Shown here: positions 30,870 to 40,778 of the stretch, in pieces | How the letters are laid out: every line of letters begins with the position of its first letter | How positions within the stretch are numbered: the stretch's first letter is position 1 | DNA from: a virus | Taxonomy: Duplodnaviria; Caudoviricetes | Virus record (IMG/VR): IMGVR_UViG_3300042318_000593 | Location: 2,856 to 66,855 of that record | DNA length: 64,000 nt | Reading direction: 5' to 3' (one strand) | Position numbers and translations under genes: made by a program | Notes under the pieces: generated by a model | What the model saw: the letters and a program-made list of their open reading frames with translations, nothing else | What the model was told of the DNA's origin: nothing | The model's database searches: none

Positions 30870-30957
30870 TGTTTTTTGTTTTAATAACTAATTTTATTAT
30901 CCAGTATTATCTAGTTTTATTAATAATAGTGCTTTTATAAATAGTATGAAATTTCAA

Positions 30958-32427
30958 TTAGTTATTTAATTTTGAATTATTTTTTATAGAATTATCCCAA
31001 TTATAAAATAAATCCCACCAATCGTTCACTCCTGTTATTCCATTATTATACCCTGGCATACTCTGCATCCAAAATATTAACCATTTATATTGAGCGTCCC
31101 TATTATAATCATAAGTTATTGTTGGTACACTTGGCATTGTTGATAAAGTCGCGTTAATCCATCTATCACTATTAATTAATTTTTTATTACCTCCTGTTGG
31201 TTTCCAATCTTCTATATCACTTAGTACCGGTGTTTTATTATTCCAATCATAATCTTTATTTGTATTTGGTGGTTTATGTGTACAACCTAAATGAGTGCTG
31301 TCCGCATAACCATCGGTAGGGTTACCATAACTTCCCCAAAATCTAGAATCTAAATGAGACATTTGAGCTTCAATTTGGTGTCCTCTATTGTGAATATTAT
31401 TCCCTGGATTAGTCTCTAAATTATAACCATAAACAACATATGTTTTATTAAATACCGGAAGATCATTAGACATCCTGTAACTATTTGAAACATCTCCAGT
31501 TGAGGGACTAGCCATATTTGATTCTGGTAAATTTAAAAAATTTGCTGCGGTGATACCGTTATTTAATGAATCTTTAACAACGGGATAACCCCAACTTAAA
31601 GGTCTTAATGAAAACCACACTTCTTTAACATCGCTATTCTCAACAAGAGATTGTAAATTTATTTTACTAAATACGTCAAAATAATCTGGTTGATAATCTG
31701 GAGTCAATTTATCTTGGGCGTTCATGTAAACATCTTGTTTGTCCTTTAATCCTCTTTTAAGTTCATATACGTTTATGTATTTTACTATTTTAAAACTAAC
31801 ATTAGATGTTTGAGATGGGTTATTATAACCTCTAAATTTACTTCCTTCCTCAAGGCCAAACTTAGTTAATGACAAATAATCTATTGTTTTATTTTTTAAA
31901 TCTTGTATTGTTACAGGTGATGTAGAATTTAAACCCGGCGCTCGTTTTGTGTCAACATCTACACCATTTAAAGTAGGGTAATAATTAACCACCACAACAG
32001 GTACTATTATCCTTGCATTTGGATTTGAAGGGGTTGATAGGAATGGTAACGTTTTTAAATCAACGTTTTCAATTTCACTTACATATGTTGTATCTTTTAT
32101 TGAAAATTCTTTAAAAGATATATTAAAATAAGAATATCCCGATTTTGCACCGTAATATGTTTTATTATGTAAAAAAACAGTATTATTAGATGAAGTTATA
32201 ATGAGACTATCTAAACTAACGACCGTATCAAATCCATTTGAATAATGGGCGATTACTTGAGGTTGGTATTTCTTACTAATTGAAATAGTGTCTTGACTTA
32301 TTAACTTAATTGATAATAAATTTACTGTTCCACTCCCTGTTATGGGGGTCGGTTGTTTGGTCACTTCCATGGTTTTAGAACAACTAAACAACACAACAAT
32401 TAATAACAAATAATGTATTTTTTTCAT
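30958..32427 (-). CDS. putative lipoprotein
   Basis: Lipobox LFSC after a short hydrophobic signal; degenerate zincin-like HNRGHQIE; TATCTTTG promoter at 32448-32455. Confidence 0.65.
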   Translation of the reverse strand: MKKIHYLLLIVVLFSCSKTMEVTKQPTPITGSGTVNLLSIKLISQDTISISKKYQPQVIAHYSNGFDTVVSLDSLIITSSNNTVFLHNKTYYGAKSGYSYFNISFKEFSIKDTTYVSEIENVDLKTLPFLSTPSNPNARIIVPVVVVNYYPTLNGVDVDTKRAPGLNSTSPVTIQDLKNKTIDYLSLTKFGLEEGSKFRGYNNPSQTSNVSFKIVKYINVYELKRGLKDKQDVYMNAQDKLTPDYQPDYFDVFSKINLQSLVENSDVKEVWFSLRPLSWGYPVVKDSLNNGITAANFLNLPESNMASPSTGDVSNSYRMSNDLPVFNKTYVVYGYNLETNPGNNIHNRGHQIEAQMSHLDSRFWGSYGNPTDGYADSTHLGCTHKPPNTNKDYDWNNKTPVLSDIEDWKPTGGNKKLINSDRWINATLSTMPSVPTITYDYNRDAQYKWLIFWMQSMPGYNNGITGVNDWWDLFYNWDNSIKNNSKLNN

Positions 32428-32504
32428 ATATTTTTTTATTTACAGGACAAAGATATACATATTTATGAATATTCCAAAAAAATATTAAGATATTTATAAA
32501 ATAG

Positions 32505-33047
32505 ATGAAAATAGTTAAAATTAAACAAAAAGACCTTGAGAGGATGATTAATGAACAATTAACCAATCCCATACAAATTGGTAAATATGTGTATGATACA
32601 TATAAGAAACTGACCTCCTCCCCTGAAGAAAAGAAGAAACCCCAAGAAGGTCCTTTACCATTTTCCGAGAAAAACTTAGGACAAGAACTTAAGAAACAAG
32701 GAGTTATGTATCCCGACGTGGCAATGGCTCAATCTATGTTAGAGACGGGTTATTTTAAAAGTGGTATATTTTTGGATAATAATAATCTATTTGGTATGAA
32801 ACACCCAAGACAAAGACAAACACTATCTAAAGGACCAAATAGAGGACATGCAAGTTTTGAAAATTGGCAAGATTCGGTTAAAGATTATAAAATGTGGCAA
32901 GATTACAATAAGTTATCTAACTTATCTAAAGACCAATATATTGCAAAGTTAAATCGTATTTATTGTATGCCACCATCTTGTGGATCAAACAATTACGCAA
33001 AAAAAGTTCAAAGTTTGTTATCAAGAGCATTAAGTTCTCTTAGTTAA
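32505..33047 (+). CDS. glucosaminidase (GH73-like) with putative capsid-targeting leader
   Basis: AQSMLETG, NNLFGMK, HASF..WQDSV.DY; leader ...ERMINEQ; TATTTATA upstream. Confidence 0.8.
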   Translation: MKIVKIKQKDLERMINEQLTNPIQIGKYVYDTYKKLTSSPEEKKKPQEGPLPFSEKNLGQELKKQGVMYPDVAMAQSMLETGYFKSGIFLDNNNLFGMKHPRQRQTLSKGPNRGHASFENWQDSVKDYKMWQDYNKLSNLSKDQYIAKLNRIYCMPPSCGSNNYAKKVQSLLSRALSSLS

Positions 33048-34468
33048 AGGTAATTTCCAAATCTTTTAAAGAATTCAGCTGGCATTTCACTATGTCCTAT
33101 ATTAAGTAATACTGCATTACCTAACATTATTTTTGCCGCTTTTTTCTGACATTTAACAACCTCAGGAAATCCCCAATTACTTGGGTTATAAATCATGTGT
33201 ACTCTTTTATCGTTAATGTGATATCTAAGTGAATCTTCTTTTGTTGTTGGGTCAATTAATCCAACAAACTCATATTCCCCACTTGCTGGCCACGCTTTAA
33301 GTCCACCTTGACTAAACCCTAAAATAGATTTTATAGGGGTTTTACCTAACATTCTCTTTGCCTGTGTTATATCACTTGTAAATGGTAATACTAAAATTGT
33401 TTTTTTATCTTTTAATTCTTGTGGCATTTGACTTAACATCCATTTAGGTGTTGCATAACCAACTCCACCAAAAACAACACAAGCAGTATTATCAACAGGT
33501 TTATCTGGCGTACTTAAAATACCCCCCTCAATTCTTTTCTCAAATGGTGGATTATTAGGATTTGGTTTGTCTTCGTTAATCTGTATTGTCTTTGGATCTC
33601 TATCTACATGGAATTTTTTTACATACTTTTTAAAGTCCGTCAATCCACCTCTTTTTTGAACCCATCTAACGGGATTTATATCTCTAAACCCAAATCTACC
33701 TCCACCATCGGATAAATAAACAATACCTGTTGCAATTGAATTTAATTTAATCCCGATTTCTTGAATGACGTTAGTTTTTTGTTCTGTAGTCTCCCACGTT
33801 TCTAAAAAATTAACAATATTCTCCCTCCACAAAATATCTTTAATTTGAATATTATTTACCACCGTCTCATTCCACATACTTTCTCTATCTTCTCTATTTT
33901 TTTTAATATCGGTAAAATATTCTCTTATTTCTTTTGCATGTTCTTTAACTAAACTATCAATCAATCTATAATATTCAATTAAATCTTTTGACGGTCCTGA
34001 AGGTTCATTCATATGTCTAAACTTTTCACGAACCTCATATTCATGTTCTAATTTATTTTGAAAATCATAAGGAAAACTTCTAATGTTTACCCATCTTCTA
34101 CCTGTTTCATCGGGAGCACTCATAATATCTGTTGGTGCATCGAATTGTAAATCTCCTTCGATTTGATATAATATACCTCCTTCGGTTTGTACCCCTTTCA
34201 TGTTTTTAACCAATTCTTTATCCATAAATCTAAACGTGGATAATGATTTTCTTGTACCAACAATCTTACTCATATCATCAATACCGTGAACATCCCCGAC
34301 GTGGAATGTTGTAACTCTTTGTTTACCCCAAATGTAATTAACTAAGGATGGTGTTAATGGAACATCCATTCTAACAATATGAGATTGTACATTAGCTAAC
34401 CACTTCAGTTCATTTAACTGTTGTTGTTCAATAAGTTTTAATTGTGATTCTGTAACCTGAAGCTTCAT
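33044..34468 (-). CDS. two-domain putative head-internal protein with C-terminal alpha/beta hydrolase
   Basis: Leader MKLQVTESQLK...LNE; internal INE junction; GFSQGG nucleophile elbow, LIDP, terminal His. Confidence 0.55.
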   Translation of the reverse strand: MKLQVTESQLKLIEQQQLNELKWLANVQSHIVRMDVPLTPSLVNYIWGKQRVTTFHVGDVHGIDDMSKIVGTRKSLSTFRFMDKELVKNMKGVQTEGGILYQIEGDLQFDAPTDIMSAPDETGRRWVNIRSFPYDFQNKLEHEYEVREKFRHMNEPSGPSKDLIEYYRLIDSLVKEHAKEIREYFTDIKKNREDRESMWNETVVNNIQIKDILWRENIVNFLETWETTEQKTNVIQEIGIKLNSIATGIVYLSDGGGRFGFRDINPVRWVQKRGGLTDFKKYVKKFHVDRDPKTIQINEDKPNPNNPPFEKRIEGGILSTPDKPVDNTACVVFGGVGYATPKWMLSQMPQELKDKKTILVLPFTSDITQAKRMLGKTPIKSILGFSQGGLKAWPASGEYEFVGLIDPTTKEDSLRYHINDKRVHMIYNPSNWGFPEVVKCQKKAAKIMLGNAVLLNIGHSEMPAEFFKRFGNYL

Positions 34469-34480
34469 TAGATATAAATA

Positions 34481-35002
34481 TTACTTAATTCCAGATAGAT
34501 ACTCATCTATCTTCTTTTGTACCTCGGGATCTTGACCTGTATAAATGATGTTTGTAATGTATTGTCTCAATGGATATATTCTATCTGTCAATACTCTTTC
34601 CTCAACCTCAGGATTTTTACGTGTACGTGGAACTGGATCCATCCATGCCTTGTTCGCAATTGTTCCATAATCAAAAGGAACCACCCTATAACGTGATTTA
34701 AGACGACTTCTATCTGCAACGAAGATTACGTTCAACATATCAGGTTTAATACGAGGACCGTCACCAGAATTACCAATAGACCCATCTGGTATAAAGTTCT
34801 TATCACGAGTAAATGAAACCATCGTTTTATGTTTGGATTGTTTTAATGTTCTATCTAAATTTAAAACCTCCTCGTATTGTTTAGATCCTTTTAACATATT
34901 ACTATTCATAATACCTAAAGCACGTTCCTCAGTGGTATGATGATAGATTGGGATTGATACCATATCTCTTAACTTCTCCAATAATATGTCTTGTAGTTTC
35001 AT
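34481..35002 (-). CDS. putative ADP-ribosyltransferase-fold protein with capsid-targeting leader
   Basis: Leader MKLQDILLE; YHHT...VSFTR...EVEERV (H / SxT / ExE triad). Confidence 0.5.
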   Translation of the reverse strand: MKLQDILLEKLRDMVSIPIYHHTTEERALGIMNSNMLKGSKQYEEVLNLDRTLKQSKHKTMVSFTRDKNFIPDGSIGNSGDGPRIKPDMLNVIFVADRSRLKSRYRVVPFDYGTIANKAWMDPVPRTRKNPEVEERVLTDRIYPLRQYITNIIYTGQDPEVQKKIDEYLSGIK

Positions 35003-35112
35003 TACCCCTTAAGTTTCTTTAAGATTTCTAAATTCTTCTTAACGATGTTTAATGATTTAACACCTGAACGTCTACTTCTCATAGCACGTGGTTTTTTTGG
35101 TCTTGTTCCCAT
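35002..35112 (-). CDS. small basic protein (36 aa, not in ORF track)
   Basis: MGTRPKKPRAMRSRRSGVKSLNIVKKNLEILKKLKG; stop overlaps the next ATG. Confidence 0.5.
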   Translation of the reverse strand: MGTRPKKPRAMRSRRSGVKSLNIVKKNLEILKKLKG

Positions 35113-35122
35113 ATATTTTGTT

Positions 35123-35767
35123 TTAGTCTTTTGAAAATAAATTATCTAACATTGCAATGTCTTCGTCTTCAGTTACGTCTTGTGCGGGTGGTGGTATGGC
35201 ATTAGGTGTTAATGCTTTATATGTTTCAGGTCCAACAACACCATCTACTTTAAGACTATTCTTTTTTTGGAAGTCGGTTACTTTTTGTTTTGTTATTTTA
35301 CCGAAATAACCCGTTGGGTTTTTAAAATCTAATAATGTTTGTAGTTCTTTAACTCCTTGTGTTTTACAACCAAATTTAAGAAGACTACCATTAGTAATAT
35401 CTATTATTTGATTTGCACATGGCTTTGGTGTTTGTGGTGCTTTCTCTGTCCATTTTTCAGTTACACTATCATACGAATCTCCATCTTCAAAAACTAATTT
35501 AAAATCTGTTGTTCCTGAAGGGACAATTTCACCTGCAGTTACGGCTTTCTCATCTTTAGTTATATAATAACAATCACCTGAAGAGTAAAACCAAACTTTG
35601 TCACCATTAGATAGTATAATTTCTTTACCCTTACCAGATCGATTTGTTTTAACGTTATCCCCCCATTGATTTATAATCAATTTAAAAAATTGATTGTCTT
35701 CTTGATTAACAGTTTGTTCCACCATTTTCTTTAATTGACTCTCGGTCATTCTTATAACTTTCTTCAT
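35123..35767 (-). CDS. peptidoglycan-binding protein with capsid-targeting leader
   Basis: Leader MKKVIRMTESQLKKMVE; LKFGC...VKELQ...FQ...DGVVGPET PG_binding_1. Confidence 0.75.
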   Translation of the reverse strand: MKKVIRMTESQLKKMVEQTVNQEDNQFFKLIINQWGDNVKTNRSGKGKEIILSNGDKVWFYSSGDCYYITKDEKAVTAGEIVPSGTTDFKLVFEDGDSYDSVTEKWTEKAPQTPKPCANQIIDITNGSLLKFGCKTQGVKELQTLLDFKNPTGYFGKITKQKVTDFQKKNSLKVDGVVGPETYKALTPNAIPPPAQDVTEDEDIAMLDNLFSKD

Positions 35768-35779
35768 ATCTTATAAATA

Positions 35780-37423
35780 TTAAATATTTTTTAATGTATT
35801 CATTAATGATAATTTGGATTTGTTAAAATTTATTTTATCTTTATGTACAGGTTCTTTAGGTGTTTCTCTTTCCGGATAATCACCCAATGGTTTTATTTCA
35901 TTTTTCTCGACACCACCTTTCAATGCATTCTCTAATAATTTATCATATTGACCTTCTTTAAGGGTATGTGGTATACGAATCATTCCCAAACCGTAATTAT
36001 TAGTTTTAATAAATTCATTTTTTATATTATCACTTTCGTACAATATATTATAATTCATTTGTCTAGTATATTCTGATTTACCAAACGTAGGTTCAAAATG
36101 TTGTTTTCCATCATATTCAATAAGAACATTATATTCGGGTAGATAGAAATCAAATTTTTGATTACCAAGTTCAGGATAATTCTTTTCTTTTTCAAATTTT
36201 ATATCTTTCTTTCTTAATAGTTCACCAATATGTCTTTCATTTCTTGATTCCTGACATATCGGACAACCTTGTCCTGTAGAATGATTAGCTGGAGTTTGCC
36301 AAAACATTCCATGTTCTTCATCATTAGGTCCTTTAACGTGACATTCAATAGGAATTTTTGTATTTGCATTAACAAATTCTTTGTCAATATTTGGATAAGT
36401 ATATTTAATAGATCTGTTAGACTGTGAGGATTCAAACGTTCTTTTGTAATTATTTAAACTATTAACCCTATCACATTCTTTACATTTAATTGACCCAAAT
36501 TTTTCAGTACTTTTCCAAATTGATGATGGAGATTTTATCACGACAGGATATGGAGTTTTCCCGTGTAAAGTACAACCAAGAGTAATTGGTGAATCACCAC
36601 CGATATAATCTGATAATAAAACAAATCTGTTACCATATAGTTCATGAATTTTATCCATGAATTTTTTTTCTTTAACCGATATTCTATTACATTCTGAACA
36701 TAAAGGTACACCTGTGTAAAAATATTTACCCTTTACTCTTGTGACTTCTTCATTATGTTTTAAACATTTTATTTTAGTATTTCTTGATGGATTTGAATAT
36801 TCCATACCCTTCCAATCATACCAACTTATTGGAATGTGGTATAATTTCATTCTCTCTTTAACTTTTCTTATAAACTCCGCACGAGAAAGATTGGTTGGTT
36901 CTTGTTTAACAATTCCTTGTTCGTCTTTACATTTTCTACAACCAACATTTTGATATATGTGAAGTTGTGCGTTTTTTATACTTTGTTTACCATGGGGTTT
37001 TCCATCGGAACCAATTTTAGGACAATAAAAATCAAATTCATTATTAATACCTGTATATCTTCTCAAACCTGGTCTATTGTAGATATATAACGGATTTCCA
37101 TTTTCATCCTTCCATATATCTTTTACCTTACTATAAAAATCATTTTTAGTTGATTTAACATTACTTTGACTATCATCTTTCTTACACTCACCACATCCAT
37201 TTGGACCTGTACGACCTTTCAATAGATATTCAACAAGTGCAGGGAAATCAACATTATGTTTTTTACAATGAACATTTACCGTAGAGTTTTTTGTAAAGTT
37301 TTCCTGATTACCGAAATCATAAAGACTACCATTACGATAAGGAAAAAGTTCTTTCATCTTCAATAGAAAATCTTCCTTTGTTCTTGATTCGGTTCTTTCA
37401 GATATAATATCTAATAATTTCAT
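35780..37423 (-). CDS. homing-endonuclease-like protein: Cys/His repeats plus C-terminal PD-(D/E)XK (DUF559/Vsr-like) nuclease
   Basis: Repeated C..H.../GCxxC units; FDFYLPEYNVLIEYDGKQH; leader MKLLDIISE. Confidence 0.75.
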   Translation of the reverse strand: MKLLDIISERTESRTKEDFLLKMKELFPYRNGSLYDFGNQENFTKNSTVNVHCKKHNVDFPALVEYLLKGRTGPNGCGECKKDDSQSNVKSTKNDFYSKVKDIWKDENGNPLYIYNRPGLRRYTGINNEFDFYCPKIGSDGKPHGKQSIKNAQLHIYQNVGCRKCKDEQGIVKQEPTNLSRAEFIRKVKERMKLYHIPISWYDWKGMEYSNPSRNTKIKCLKHNEEVTRVKGKYFYTGVPLCSECNRISVKEKKFMDKIHELYGNRFVLLSDYIGGDSPITLGCTLHGKTPYPVVIKSPSSIWKSTEKFGSIKCKECDRVNSLNNYKRTFESSQSNRSIKYTYPNIDKEFVNANTKIPIECHVKGPNDEEHGMFWQTPANHSTGQGCPICQESRNERHIGELLRKKDIKFEKEKNYPELGNQKFDFYLPEYNVLIEYDGKQHFEPTFGKSEYTRQMNYNILYESDNIKNEFIKTNNYGLGMIRIPHTLKEGQYDKLLENALKGGVEKNEIKPLGDYPERETPKEPVHKDKINFNKSKLSLMNTLKNI

Positions 37424-37435
37424 TATGTATAAATA

Positions 37436-38548
37436 TTAAACTTTAATAGTTGTGTCTCTCCATCCTTTATCAATTGGATATTTCGTACTTAAATACAATT
37501 GGTTATTACTATCAAGACCCTTCATTAATTCTTCTTCTATGTTTTCTTTATCAAGATAACCAATACGAATAAGTTTTATGTTTTTTGCTTTTGCATATTC
37601 ATTTTTTTCCCTATCGTTAAAAACTTGAGTTATGTAATCTTGGCTAATACGTGATTTTCTAAAGTGGTAAGCACCGTCAAATTCAATCAATGTATTTTGA
37701 TCTGGCAAATAAAAATCAAATGTCAATTTACGACATCCTTTTTTACTTATTCCTTTTTTACTTTTATATGAGATACAATCGTCATATTTTTTAAATGGTA
37801 TTAACTTAATATTTTTTTCAAACAATACCCGACCAATTGTTTTTTCTCCCTTCGATTCTTTACACCAAGGACATCCACGACCATTTAAATGACTATTTGG
37901 TGTTTGAGGAAAATCTCCACGTGTTGGGCTGTGTATTGGACAGGTTATCATCACTTTTATCTTTCCATTTACATAAATCACATTATCATATGTATATTTT
38001 GGTGTTCCGTCCTTATGTTGGTGTTCTTTCGTTGCTTGTGCTTTTTGAATAAACTCTTTGGTGTTAGATTTAGACGCATTTATAGCACATTTATCACATC
38101 CAGCACCTTGTAGGTGATTAGATGGATATTGGGGAAAATCTCCATGTATTGGGCAAGTTATCATCACATTCACAAATGATCCACCATATATGACATTATC
38201 ATATGTATACTTTGGTATTTTTTTTCCATCATCATCATATAAAAAATGTATCTTTTGTGCTTTTTGAATAAACTCTTTGGCGTTAGATTTTCTACGTATA
38301 GAATCACATTTTTTACATCCCTCTTTACCTGCTAAATGATTGTTCGGTGTTTGGGGAAAATCCCCATGTAACGGACAGGTAATGTTTACGGTTTTATTTA
38401 AACCATTCATAACCACATTATCATAAGTATATTTGTCACCGTGGACTTCCTTCGATTGTTTAACAAATTCATCCTTAGTCATTAGTTTACGACCACCAGC
38501 CTCATTCATATCAACAACACTCTCAAATATAATATCTAATAGTTTCAT
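37436..38548 (-). CDS. homing-endonuclease-like protein: CPxHG repeats plus C-terminal PD-(D/E)XK nuclease
   Basis: Three KYTYDNV..ITCP.HGDFPQ.P..HL.G.GC..C repeats; FDFYLP..LIEFDGAYH; start at MKLLDIIFE after TATTTATA. Confidence 0.8.
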   Translation of the reverse strand: MKLLDIIFESVVDMNEAGGRKLMTKDEFVKQSKEVHGDKYTYDNVVMNGLNKTVNITCPLHGDFPQTPNNHLAGKEGCKKCDSIRRKSNAKEFIQKAQKIHFLYDDDGKKIPKYTYDNVIYGGSFVNVMITCPIHGDFPQYPSNHLQGAGCDKCAINASKSNTKEFIQKAQATKEHQHKDGTPKYTYDNVIYVNGKIKVMITCPIHSPTRGDFPQTPNSHLNGRGCPWCKESKGEKTIGRVLFEKNIKLIPFKKYDDCISYKSKKGISKKGCRKLTFDFYLPDQNTLIEFDGAYHFRKSRISQDYITQVFNDREKNEYAKAKNIKLIRIGYLDKENIEEELMKGLDSNNQLYLSTKYPIDKGWRDTTIKV

Positions 38549-38667
38549 ATACACATATAAATATCCCACAAATATTAACGGACACAAAAAGAGAGAGACA
38601 AATTTCGAACGGGGGTTCCGGCGTGTTAAAACAAAAAACCGTGAACGGGGTTATCGGAGGTTAGAAA

Positions 38668-39114
38668 TTAAGAACTGATCATATCAACACCGAAGTTATC
38701 AAACTTCCTTTTATAGACAAATGATATCTCATGACCCTTATGCATCATAAATCTATCCAGATCGGTATCCCGTTGTGTTTCAAAGTTATGGAGGGTATAT
38801 TTCACCTTACCAACAACATCAAACATATAAGTAATCTCACCACCATTCTTAAGTTGTTTCTTAGTGGGATAGTCAATAACGATTGTGACGGTGTTTAAAG
38901 GGGGTAATTCGTAGGATACATCTAGGGGAGGGTAATTATCACCATGATATATCTGAACCAAGCCACGACCCTTAGACAGGGCCTTATAGACATTTACCAT
39001 CTTCTTAATCATCTTATGATCTTCTGGTGAACCATTATAACCATCTGGAACGTTACCATAGTATTTAACCCTTGGTTCATTAGTATTCTCGGTTAACAGG
39101 TCCATTAGTTTCAT
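38668..39114 (-). CDS. putative head-internal protein, single KKAKxxYKAL-family domain
   Basis: Leader MKLMDLLTE; KKMVNVYKALSKG...YELP...KFDNFGV. Confidence 0.6.
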   Translation of the reverse strand: MKLMDLLTENTNEPRVKYYGNVPDGYNGSPEDHKMIKKMVNVYKALSKGRGLVQIYHGDNYPPLDVSYELPPLNTVTIVIDYPTKKQLKNGGEITYMFDVVGKVKYTLHNFETQRDTDLDRFMMHKGHEISFVYKRKFDNFGVDMISS

Positions 39115-39117
39115 ATG

Positions 39118-39156
39118 TATAAATATATCGTATACCAAGATCCCCTAGGGTGGTAT
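39118..39156. repeat. 39-bp direct repeat copy 1 (contains the TATTTATA motif on the - strand)
   Basis: TATAAATATATCGTATACCAAGATCCCCTAGGGTGGTAT; 37/39 identical to 39894-39932. Confidence 0.85.
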
Positions 39157-39165
39157 TATTTGTCT

Positions 39166-39888
39166 TTATATTATATTATTTTTTAAAATGTAATCATGTA
39201 AAATACCACCAAGAACAATATGTCCATTATTATTAAGATGCATATCATGGTAAGTTAATTTATTTTTTATGGACCATGTTAACATAGAATACTCATTATC
39301 CACATTAAAGAAATTTCTTTTAACCAATTCTTTGTCGTTTTTTATATAGGGCCAATATAAAAATATGATTTTATTACCGGTACTTTCTACATATGACTTT
39401 AATGTATCTACATTATACAAAAGATGTTTAAAGTGTTCTTCATCATCATAGACATACATAAGATACGTTTCATACATTTTACTCAGTTCTTTATATTCCT
39501 TATCATGTATGTCGATGTTTTTAATTGGAACATCATATCCCGAAGTTACCATAATATCGTCTTTATCATATTTTATTACATTATCAATACTAATGTTATG
39601 TATTATATGATTAATAATATTAGGTTGATAGTCTAACCAACAATTATATGAACTATGATACGTGCCCCATCTATGCGTATATGTCAATTGACATATGAAC
39701 AAGGTATCTTTTCTTTTATGAATGTTAATGTCATCATATATTTTCTTAGTTATTGAAACGTTACTTTGTCCCGCAACCGCAATGACCTCAACATCCATGT
39801 TGTAATGATTTTTTAATATCGACCCATAATCTACGCCATCATCAATCGAATAAGAACATCCCGACACTAAAATTTTTTTATTTACCAT
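39166..39888 (-). CDS. SGNH-hydrolase-like protein
   Basis: VSGCSYS, GQSN, DMHLN; start at MVNKK. Confidence 0.6.
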   Translation of the reverse strand: MVNKKILVSGCSYSIDDGVDYGSILKNHYNMDVEVIAVAGQSNVSITKKIYDDINIHKRKDTLFICQLTYTHRWGTYHSSYNCWLDYQPNIINHIIHNISIDNVIKYDKDDIMVTSGYDVPIKNIDIHDKEYKELSKMYETYLMYVYDDEEHFKHLLYNVDTLKSYVESTGNKIIFLYWPYIKNDKELVKRNFFNVDNEYSMLTWSIKNKLTYHDMHLNNNGHIVLGGILHDYILKNNII

Positions 39889-39893
39889 TACAT

Positions 39894-39932
39894 TATAAAT
39901 ATATCGTATACCAAGAGTCCCTAGGGTGGTAT
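39894..39932. repeat. 39-bp direct repeat copy 2
   Basis: TATAAATATATCGTATACCAAGAGTCCCTAGGGTGGTAT. Confidence 0.85.
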
Positions 39933-39934
39933 AA

Positions 39935-40456
39935 TTAATTAACGGGAGGAAATGAGTTAGGTTTTGTATAACGATAGAATATCTGTCTGAAGGAGTTATT
40001 ACCACCTTTATGTATATAATCGTTAACCTTCTCAATATCAATGTTAGATTCCTTAAATGTGGTCATTATTTTATTCTTAGCGGTTCCCATATCATTTCCT
40101 TGTGAAACGGACTCAGCACGGTTAATAACGTCATTATTACATCCTGCACCACGACTGGTGAAACCCATCCACGCTTTACCATCGGAACTCGGAGAAATGG
40201 TACAAGACCAATTAACGGTCATACCATTCACTTTAACATCCACCTTAGACACCATAGGGTTCATACCACCTTCATATAACTCTTTGAGTTTATTACCAAC
40301 GATAACATTCATATTACCAATAACCTTACCACCTGAACCTTGGAATGCGTGTAATTCATCACAGTCATTTGCGGTATATGTACCACTTACAACAACCGTG
40401 GATGATTGTTCCGTTATTATACGTCTAAGTTGTTGTTCTGATATTACGATCTTCAT
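39935..40456 (-). CDS. putative head-internal protein
   Basis: Start at MKIVISEQQLRRIITEQ after TATTTATA. Confidence 0.6.
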   Translation of the reverse strand: MKIVISEQQLRRIITEQSSTVVVSGTYTANDCDELHAFQGSGGKVIGNMNVIVGNKLKELYEGGMNPMVSKVDVKVNGMTVNWSCTISPSSDGKAWMGFTSRGAGCNNDVINRAESVSQGNDMGTAKNKIMTTFKESNIDIEKVNDYIHKGGNNSFRQIFYRYTKPNSFPPVN

Positions 40457-40471
40457 GTTATATAAATACAA

Positions 40472-40505
40472 CAAAAAAGGGATATGAGTAGCGAATTCAT
40501 ATCCC
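40472..40505 (-). terminator. intrinsic terminator
   Basis: GGGATATGA-ATTCGCTAC-TCATATCCC-TTTTTT. Confidence 0.7.
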
Positions 40506-40559
40506 AACGGAACGTTAACCATTCCGGTCCTAAGTCGGGTCTTCAAACCCGAGGTATCT

Positions 40560-40763
40560 TTATTTGAGTTTCTGTAAGTTGTGGATGATGTTGTTAATTA
40601 ACCTCACCTTATGTCCTGCTTCCCCTTGGATAAACATAAACTCCTTCTGCATGGTCAACCAATCGATTTGTTCGGGTATACCGTAACCTTCCTCATCGGT
40701 GTATCTAATTGATCTTTCTCCAATGACTGTCTTTAGTTGAGATTCTGTAAGGATGATTTTCAT
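40560..40763 (-). CDS. small putative head-internal protein
   Basis: Leader MKIILTESQLKTVIGE; TATTTATA upstream. Confidence 0.6.
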   Translation of the reverse strand: MKIILTESQLKTVIGERSIRYTDEEGYGIPEQIDWLTMQKEFMFIQGEAGHKVRLINNIIHNLQKLK

Positions 40764-40778
40764 ATGTATAAATATGTC

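Noticed and set aside
37880-38440. Nucleotide repeats inside the endonuclease gene as DGR template/variable repeats
   Set aside because: They are in-frame domain repeats, differences are not adenine-specific as far as I can see, and no reverse transcriptase is present
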